A DNA stretch of 64,000 nucleotides, from the NCBI GenBank assembly GCA_934772045.1, contig CAKVMH010000001.1:17006-81005 (forward strand), read 5' to 3'. The notes beneath the pieces were generated by a model, which was not told where the DNA came from, made no database searches, and worked only from the letters and a program-made list of their open reading frames with translations. Source of the stretch: an uncultured Clostridia bacterium. Lineage in GTDB: Bacteria > Bacillota > Clostridia > Christensenellales > UBA1242. Below, piece by piece: positions 10,093 through 18,700 of this stretch. Each line of letters starts with the position of its first letter. Positions within the stretch are counted from its first letter, which is position 1. The position numbers and the translations under genes are program-made.

Positions 10093-10284
10093 TTGCTTTT
10101 AAGAAAATGAAAATAAAATTTTAACTTACTTATATAATATATTAATTATTAGAACAGCAAATTGATTTGCTGTTCTTTATATTAATATATATGTAAAAGC
10201 TAGCCTATTAATAATAATTTTCTTTTTTCAATTTACCTTTTTAATTTTTGTTTCCAAAAATTACGCGCCCCAAAAAAACAAAAG

Positions 10285-10312
10285 AAAAAAACCGACTAAT
10301 GTCGGTTTTTTA
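10285..10312 (-). terminator. Rho-independent terminator after cassette 2
   Basis: AAAAAAACCGAC-taat-GTCGGTTTTTT, bidirectional form. Confidence 0.8.
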
Positions 10313-10323
10313 ATAAAATTTAA

Positions 10324-10899
10324 TTAAGCTTTGAATGCAGAAGCTGCAAGAGCTTGAGCAACTGTTAATTCAGCATGTTGAACTGAACATGATGAAATTG
10401 TTACAGTGTAAGTTTTGCCCATGTTAGCATCATCTGTTCCATTAGGAGTTTCAGCCTTAAATGTTACTTTGAATGAAACAACTAATTCTGCAGACTTAAC
10501 AACGTCAGACCTTGTTTCTTTGTCTGCACCTGTATTTGCTTGACTGTTTTCGTAAACATAAACATCAGTGTAATCTGTTTCAGTTGACTTTGTTAATGTT
10601 TCACTACCGATTTTAACTTCAGTCAATTCAAATTGATCTGCTGGTAATGATGTAGTATCAATTTTGAAGAATACATATGTACCACGGTCAGATTCATCTT
10701 TGTAAGTAACACTTGAAGAAACTGATTCACCTGGTAACAAAGCAGATGTGTTACCTGTTAAAGTAATGGCTGTTGCTTCAGATGTTAATTTGATTGTACC
10801 TGTTTTGATAGAACCAGATTTGTTACCTGCGTTAGCAGTAAAGTACGCGAAAGTACCGCCGAAGGCGAGCATAGCAACCATCACAATTCCCATTATCAT
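10324..10899 (-). CDS. TasA/camelysin-family protein, cassette 2 (5'-truncated, probably silent)
   Basis: Starts MIMGIVMVAMLAFGGTFAYFT; no SD, no n-region; lies about 55 nt behind the terminator of the expressed paralog. Confidence 0.7.
   Translation of the reverse strand: MIMGIVMVAMLAFGGTFAYFTANAGNKSGSIKTGTIKLTSEATAITLTGNTSALLPGESVSSSVTYKDESDRGTYVFFKIDTTSLPADQFELTEVKIGSETLTKSTETDYTDVYVYENSQANTGADKETRSDVVKSAELVVSFKVTFKAETPNGTDDANMGKTYTVTISSCSVQHAELTVAQALAASAFKA
10838..10896 (-). repeat. 59-bp conserved box, copy 2
   Basis: Exact reverse complement of 9471-9529. Confidence 0.9.
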
Positions 10900-10956
10900 T
10901 GAGATTAATTTTTAAGTACGGAAATTGTAGGCGGACTTTCGCAACTTACTGCATAT

Positions 10957-10984
10957 AAAAAGATACACTGATGTGTATCTTTTT
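10957..10984 (-). terminator. Rho-independent terminator of the expressed TasA-like gene
   Basis: AAAAAGATACAC-tgat-GTGTATCTTTTT. Confidence 0.8.
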
Positions 10985-10992
10985 GAAAATTA

Positions 10993-11607
10993 CTAAGCAA
11001 CAGTGTAGCCAGCAGCAGTCAAAATTGTTTTAGCGTCTGCTTCAACATTTTTAACTTGTACAGACTTTGAACCAAGTTTTAATGAAACTTCAGCTCCCAT
11101 GTCAACAGGCTTTGTGCTGTCTTCTACAGATGTATTCCAATCTGAATTTGAGTCAAATTTAACTTGATCTACAACGCTTAAAGTTGTGTCTTTAGCTACG
11201 GCTTTAGGAGTTGATGTTGTTGCATCACTCCAAATATAGTAATCTGTTTCACCATATTTTACCCATTTGCCATCAGCTGTTGATTTTAATTCAACAGTAA
11301 GAGAAGTTGTACCAGCACTAAGACTAAATTCTACGATAACATAAGTATCAACTGTAGAACCTGCTGTTGTAACTGTAACAGCATCACATAATACATCTTG
11401 AGGCATTAAGAAACCAGTGATTTCCTTAACAGTGCCAGTTGCTGTCAATTTAACAGTACCTGTAGTAGCGGTTGCTGTTTTTGTACCAGCTGTAGATGTA
11501 AAGTACGCGAAAGTACCGCCGAAGGCGAGCATAGCAACCATCACAATTCCCATTATAATGATTGCAAATGTTGACTTAGCCATCTTTTTAGATTTCATTT
11601 TTGTCAT
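10993..11607 (-). CDS. TasA/camelysin-family fibre subunit, complete copy (expression site)
   Basis: ATG at 11607 with GGGG SD 8 nt upstream; full signal peptide MTKMKSKKMAKSTFAIIIMGIVMVAMLAFGGTFAYFT; the ORF-track TTG start at 11646 is less likely. Confidence 0.8.
   Translation of the reverse strand: MTKMKSKKMAKSTFAIIIMGIVMVAMLAFGGTFAYFTSTAGTKTATATTGTVKLTATGTVKEITGFLMPQDVLCDAVTVTTAGSTVDTYVIVEFSLSAGTTSLTVELKSTADGKWVKYGETDYYIWSDATTSTPKAVAKDTTLSVVDQVKFDSNSDWNTSVEDSTKPVDMGAEVSLKLGSKSVQVKNVEADAKTILTAAGYTVA
11498..11556 (-). repeat. 59-bp conserved box, copy 3 (in the expression site)
   Basis: Exact reverse complement of 9471-9529. Confidence 0.9.
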
Positions 11608-12083
11608 TTTATTTTCCCCTTTTAAATTTCTTTGGCTTTCTGCCAAAGATTGTTTACCTTTGGCTTTGCCAAAGGTTTTGTTGGGCTTTTGCCCATGTAA
11701 CCAAACTGCAAATTTAACTTCGACTTTAAATTTTGCAATTTGAGATATAGCATTTTTAGTTTGCCAAACTTAACTTTTGGCTGATGCCAAAAGTGTTCCC
11801 TAAATGCTTTGCGATGCCGAACCTTGCGAAAACGCAAGTTAAACATTTTAAAGCAATTTGAAAACCTTGTTCCCCGTGCCTAGTATGTACATTTCAAGCG
11901 CGGGAAGTTTGTATCACTACAAACAAATTTGCAAATTTACTTGTAGGGCTCCTAACCCTTACAATCTCAATGTGTCACCACACTAAGTTTGCCGTCCAAA
12001 TTTTAAATGTTAAATTAACTTTAAGCCAACTTAACAATAAAATTTGCTTTAACATGTAAACTACATCGACATCGTTCACTGTT
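11608..12083 (-). promoter_or_regulatory. Long structured 5' leader of the expressed TasA-like gene
   Basis: About 475 nt without a convincing ORF; GCCAAAG/CTTTGGC segments at 11630-36, 11642-48, 11657-64, 11668-75, 11773-81, 11786-94 and hairpin CTTGCG-aaaa-CGCAAG at 11823-38. Confidence 0.45.
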
Positions 12084-12089
12084 ATTACG

Positions 12090-12118
12090 ATTTTATAATA
12101 AACAAAAATGATAGTCAA
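12090..12118 (-). promoter_or_regulatory. Candidate sigma-A-type promoter for the TasA-like expression site
   Basis: TTGACT (12113-12118) - 17 nt - TAAAAT (12090-12095) on the minus strand. Confidence 0.35.
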
Positions 12119-12290
12119 ACAAAAAGTGACAAGTTTTTACAAATTTTTTAAATTTTAGCAAAAGCAAAATTTTTAGAGTGCTAATTTGTTTACTTAAACA
12201 GAATAAAGCCATATTGATTTGTCACCCTAAGTATGTTTGTGTTTATATGTTTACTATACTTAGCATAAGCAAATATACTTTATTAAGTAT

Positions 12291-12405
12291 GTCACCCTGA
12301 GTGTAAACGAAGGGTCTTGTGCGTAGCACTTTTAAAGATTAATTCTCAAAAGCAAGGCAAGCCTTGCAAGATTCTTCGCTTCGCTAACACTTCGCTCAGA
12401 ATGAC
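12291..12405. repeat. MITE-like palindromic repeat, copy B1
   Basis: GTCACCCTGAGTGTAAACGAAGGGTC ... GATTCTTCGCTTCGCT..CTCAGAATGAC with central GCAAGGC/GCCTTGC hairpin. Confidence 0.8.
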
Positions 12406-12464
12406 ATTTTTTATTCTACCGTATGTCACCCTTAACATAACATTTCAACCTGAGCTTTCTTCAA

Positions 12465-12569
12465 GTCACCCTGAGTGTAAACGAAGGGTCTTGTGCGTAG
12501 CACTTTTAAAAATCATTTTCTCAAAAGCAAGGCAAGCCTTGCAAGATTCTTCGCTTCGCTCAGAATGAC
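12465..12569. repeat. MITE-like palindromic repeat, copy B2
   Basis: Same element, 105 bp, near-identical to B1. Confidence 0.8.
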
Positions 12570-12769
12570 ACATAGTTAAAACATGTTGCCCAAACAAAAA
12601 TCATACTTATTAATAACCCGCTCGAAATGACAAATGGTTAAACAAAAAGATACGCTTGAACAAAAGCGTATCTTTTTAAATGTTAAATTTTCTACAAATA
12701 TATTTAAGGAAAATGTTTCACTTTGTAAAACATATTGTAGGCTTAACTAATCAAACAAATTAAAACAAA

Positions 12770-15700
12770 TTAAATTGTTGTGTTTTCAATGAGTTTAATT
12801 GCGGTGTATGTCAAATTCAACTCTGCATCGCCTTGCCCCATAAACGAGAGTTGTGCACCTGAACTTGTTTGTTGAATTTTATAAACATACACTTGTCCAT
12901 CTAAGGTATATGTAATTTGAATAGCATTGCCAACCTTAGAAACATCAACATTTAACAAAGCGTTGCCGTCTTTATCCGCCACCTTAACAGTGTCTGTTAA
13001 ATCTCCATTCCAATTCATGTTAAATGTGAATGTTAGCAATTCGTCAACGAAGTGCAATTCGGTGAGTTGAACTTTTTCGCCTTCGGTTGTTGCGTTGGTT
13101 AAGAAATCTAATTTAACTTCGGTGTTATAAGAATAGTTTTTGCCAGCATTTTTATTCACAACATCATTGCCTGTAAGTTGATGTGGATTTTTATTGTTCA
13201 ATTCCATAATGTCGGCATACAAGTTTTCGCTTGTCGACAATGCAAATGTGTTTTTAGTTATCTTCACATCGATAACTAGGTTATTGTTCATTGTGACTGT
13301 TGTGTCAATTTCATCGCTGGTTGCTGTTGCGCCACCTGAAATTGCGATTGTGAACTTCTCTTTCAATATTGAACTGATTTTAATGTTTGCTGTGCTGTTG
13401 GCATTTATATATTGACTAACAAAAGTTGTGTTGCCGTCCAGTTTTGTGTCATCCACCGAAATCTCGTTCAAATACTCGGCGCCTTCGCTAACTGTAAAGG
13501 TTATATTATATTTCCTTATATTCCTAATCTTTAAAGTAATAGTTTTATTATTATCATTATAGTTACCAGCAAGTGATGAAATCAAAGCCGTGTCAATTTT
13601 AAGCGTCGCTGGGCTTGTTGTTCCAATTTCTTTTTCCACCCCATTATTTACATAATAGAATTTAATTAAGGCTTCGTTTGCAAGGTCAGATTTACGCACC
13701 AAAGTTATTGTGTCGTTAATTGAGCAACTGCCAGCGGACAAAACCAAATTGCCGACATCTATTTTAACTGCTTGATTACCGTTGATTGAATAGGTGTAGT
13801 TATCCAAATTGTCGGTTACAAGTTCCATTTTTGTGTTAATAAGCACCTTTTGGAACAGCACGTAATATGTGCCTGAAATTGAATTGATAAATTCGTCGTT
13901 TGTAAGGCCGTCTGGGCAATTACCGTTTGTAATGGTTATTGTATTGCCCACTGGTTTCCATGCGGTGTTAATGTTGCCATAATTCTGTTTAACACCGACA
14001 AAGCGGTATCCGTTTGGAATGGTGCCAAGCCTGATTTCCACTTTCAAGCCTTCCAAGAAACTGCCTTGTTTGCCTTTGTCTGTGCCACTTATATACAAAC
14101 TTGCAAAGTTTTCCATTGCTTGTAAATCTTCATTATGGAAAACCGCGCCATTTGAATTGTCTGGCGAAACAACAAGGTTGATTTGACCCTTTTTGCGGTC
14201 ACTAATCACAAGTGTTAACAAAACTTCGCTTGCCTCATAATCCGCTGTGGAAACTTTAATTTGGTTACTAGAATTCATGCGCCCGCCAGCACCATTAACA
14301 AGCACTTCTAAATGATACAAATTGTTCAATGTATAAGACAATGTGATTGTGTCGTTTGCAACAACATGTGAGCCGTCGGCATTGTTTGTAATTCCACAAA
14401 GTTCCCCACGCGCAATTTTAATTTGCAAGTTAGTAACATACTCTTGCAATTGTTCTTCAGTTATGTATTTACCTTCGTTTTGATAATAGTAATTTACACC
14501 AAAAGGCAAAGTTGTTGGAATGAAGTTTGCATAAATTGTGCAATCGCCATTAACGGTGAATGATGACGAAATTTCCTCACCTAAATTAGATGTAAATGAA
14601 ACGGAAGTATAATATTTATTGTTCCATTCTGCACTTACAGAGTTACTAAGTTTTTTATGTGTGTAAATTGTGCTGACACCGCCAACTGATTCAACTGTCA
14701 AAGTCCTTGAATTGTTGTTATTCACACCATTTGAGATTGTCATGCTACGTTCTGTGCAATTTGTATCGTTTGGTTGGTCTTCCGGAACCGCACCCATCAA
14801 TTTGCCCGGCTCAATCTGCATTGTTATTTCATAAATAGGGCTAACTTCGACCACAATTGTGAATGTGCGCTTATCTTCTGGCACAATCACACCCGCACTG
14901 GTTTCCACCATACGGTAAAGTGTGTCTGTATCAATAGCCTTGCTATACACAGGTTTTTCAGTTAATGCAAAGTTGTATTGTTGCCTTAATAATGAGTATT
15001 CAGTTATCGCCCTTGGTTGATAGCCCCAAGCATTTAATATCGCATATTTATTTTCATTTATAAGCATGTAGTTGGTAACAAACGCACCGGTAGAGTCATT
15101 CAACGCATTGTAAGGCATTGTCCAATTCAAGACATCAGGAAGCGTCCAGTTAGACCTAACTTCACCATTTGAAATTGGTGTTGTATAGTCGTCAGTTTCA
15201 TAAACAACATATTTCACACTGAATGTAATGTATTCAACATTGATTGTTAAGTTGCCCAAACCCTGATTTTTATCCGCACTGTATGATGTATTTTCGCGAT
15301 AATAGAAATTCCTAAGCCAAGCACCACTCATGTTTAAAATGTATGTTTGGTCATTGCCCACCAAAGCCGGTGTTCCGTCCATATCTAAACTTGAAAGTTC
15401 TGTTTTGGTTTTTAATATTGTACCAGTGTATTCGTTCAATGAAAAGGCTGGTGTTTGAAGACCGAAACCAGCAAATGCGTGGTAATAAATTGAAAATCTG
15501 CTTCCACGCTTTAAATTTAAGTTATAGGTTTTATATGTGCCATTAGCATTTGTAAGGTTGTTTGTAATTATAATGTTGCCAGAATTTGTAACCTGCTTAA
15601 CCAATTCATCACGCATTTCAACTGTTGTGCTGTAATTAATTGGTTCAAAAGTCACATTCGCACTTATTTCATCGTTATCGTGCAACTTAATAAGTTCAAC

Positions 15701-18700
15701 ATCTGTTCCGTCTTCATACTTAGCCTTAAATAGTATTGTCTGCAAGCCATCACTGATTGTTGTGTCGTTTGTATGCAATGTGAACGCATATGATAAACTG
15801 TCTGCCTTTTCTTTCGTGATTGTACCTTTACCATTATTCATTTGAACGCCAAGCACGCCAGCAAAACGATAACCTATCATATCGTCGTAGTAATCGTTTG
15901 TTTTGCCCATGTCGGTAACTTTGCTTTGGTCATAAACATTTACCCTAATTTCACAGCCAGGGTAAATGACAATTGATTTTTCACCATGTGCTAATACCCA
16001 ACCAGAACTGCTAAGTTTTGAAACATCACTGCCCGCTGTGTTTTGTGCGTCTTTACCGATGTACTTATACATGTCAAAACCGCCAGCGTCGTTAAACTTG
16101 ATTATATATGACGCATTGTTTTCTGCGTTGCCATTATCGACAAGTTCAAGTTGAACATACCCATAAAAGCCTTGCAGACCTTCAACAATTGTATTTACAT
16201 CAAGGTTATATTGTTCGCGGTAGAAAATCGGGGAAAGGTTAAGGTTACCAAACGTCACGGTTTCTTCATCACAATTTAATGTCCAAACATCAGCAGTGCA
16301 TGCAAATATTTTGTCTACAACACTAACTGCATTCTTTTGCCCTTCGCTTTTTTCATCATAAATCGTTGTTGTGAAATTACACTTACCATCAGCACCATTG
16401 TAGCGCCATGAAATCAAGTTGTAGTAAGGTTTAACTAAACGTAAATCGCCTATAACATGGTCATTTAACAAGTAAATAAACATGCTTCCATCGGCGTTAG
16501 TGTAAACCGTCCTTAAATAATAATCATGTGCATTTGTTACATCTTCACCAGTGGTTGTGTAATCATAATTCACTGTGCCAACTTTATATTTGCTAACTTG
16601 AGCACCAAATATATTAGCATAATTTTCAGTTGGCTTATTTTTGTAAAGATCAATCTTATTTTCGTCTTGATCAGAATACTTACAAGTTACCCATTCGGTG
16701 TAATAATATACATCTGGGCTGTTTGCGATTGTTCCGCCTACATAATCCGTCCCAGCACCATCTTCACTCAGTTCAGCGTTGTCCGTGTTAATCAATTTTA
16801 CTTTATAAATGTTGTCAACTTCATGTTCAGTCAACGCCAAACTATAACACAAGTTTTCAAAATCAAATATGTTTTTATTTTCCACATTGTACTTGTAGTT
16901 TGATGTTGTAATATTTGTATACAACCAAGGCAACCCAGCACCATTACCATCATCACAAACAACAATGCTTTCACCAGCCGTATAGTAGGCTATGCTCTTA
17001 CCAATTGTCGCATGTTTGCCGACTTCAAGTTTATAAGTATCCATGTAAGAGATAACCTTTTCTTCACCCTCAAACTTCCCAGTTAACTTAATTTTCACAG
17101 GGTTCCAAACAGGTTGAATTGTGATTATCGTAGAAGCAAAAGTATAATCGCCCAAAGTCCATGTGTTGATTGCTTCAATCATAGAAGCAAGGCTTTTACG
17201 TATGGTAACACGATTGCCATCAGCCCCAAACAAGCTTGTAATATTAACAGTGTGTTGGTCAATTGAATCTTCTTTCCCCCAATCATTACCGTCAATGTAG
17301 ATGTAATAAGTCCTATTGTTATATTTGAAGCTTATCGTATAGCCCACAACATCAAAACCATAGTTGTAAATGGTGTATCTATTTGCATTGTCTATAAATG
17401 TCAAACTCAAATTTGGGTTAGATTTTAAATCTGAATATTTGGTGAATGCTGTATCTTTTGAGGAATACGCAAACGCCATGGTTGTTGTCGCATCTAAAGT
17501 AAATTTAACTTTTATTGAACCATTATCCGCTTCAACTTTGTTGCCGTTTGCACTAATGCCATATAAGTCGTTTTCTTTGTCAATTTCTGTCCATTTTGTT
17601 TTTGAATTGTCTATCTCGACATTATATTTCATGCTCCAACTTGGGATAACAATCATGTTAAACATTACGGGTTCATTAGTTGGCTTACCTTGGACATTTC
17701 CCTTGTCAAACACATTGTTTGGGGTATCTCCACTTTCTCCGCCAAAACCTCTAACTTGTGTTACCTTAACATATGTTTTTCCGTTAAATGTTGTAGTTGT
17801 GCCACCATCAGTTACAAATTCAACCCAATATCTAGATTGTGCAGTGTCGTTACCATTGCCGTCTTTTACCCAAATTACCCATTTATTTGTTTCGTCTTGG
17901 CGCTGATATCCGTAACTTTGTATAGCATCAATATCTAACAGCCAGCCATTAAACACGGCTTCTTTAACAAGTGGTTCGTAATCTTCACCGAAGAAGGCTT
18001 TAAGGCTTGAATCATCATTAGGTAAATACTTGTAATACAAAACATTTATTTTTGACAGCATGTTTTTAACAGCATCTAAATAGTCAACTCCGTTTACACT
18101 GTAAGGCTTGTTGTCTTTTGAAATTTCCGATGAATATCTAGCACCTTCATTGCCTGCCTTAACGCTATCTTTAATTGTGTATCCTAATGCAAAATCATAT
18201 TCTATTAACTCAATTTCAGCGGTAATCGTCAAGCTGTCATAACGCGCAAACTCAAATGTGGTGCCAGTCCCAACCGATGAATTTATGCCCGTTTTTGAAT
18301 TTTCCGCTTCAAAAGTTATGCTTTTTAACCTATACCCTTGCCACAATGATAGCGTGACAGTGTAATTTATTTTATTACCTTTTTTGTATGCCCCAAATTG
18401 AAATTGTGCCGATTGAGTACTCACATAATTGCCTTCATTCTTTATTTTTGTGCCTAGCCCAACATAGTAATCAAAGGCTTCCCATACTTGTGTTCCAGCA
18501 GTTGAAGTTTCTTTCCAGTCTGCACCAAGAATAGTCCTTCCGTCTGGTTGAACAGTCTCAGGCTGAATACCCTTTATTCTAAAATGTAAATCCGGCAGTA
18601 ATTTATCAGGATCTGGCGGATTTGGGTTTGGATCTGGCCCTGGATCAATCAAATGCACAAACTGTAATTGGATAATGCTATTTATACTTGTCTTATACGC

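Noticed and set aside
9471-11607. Site-specific recombinase gene for the cassette locus within the window
   Set aside because: None of the ORFs in the 64 kb shows tyrosine-recombinase (R..HxxR..Y) or serine-recombinase features. The proposed inversion system therefore lacks an identified enzyme here.
11680-11860. Possible c-di-GMP (GEMM-type) riboswitch in the TasA-like leader
   Set aside because: The sense strand contains CGCAAAGC and GGCAAAC strings reminiscent of GEMM-I. They occur in the wrong order and without the expected paired helices or tetraloop-receptor layout. A covariance-model scan would be needed to decide.
12317-12568. 83-aa plus-strand ORF (..ILRFANTSLRMT..)
   Set aside because: It is a read-through of two MITE-like repeat copies. 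There is no SD, and the sequence is explained by the repeats.
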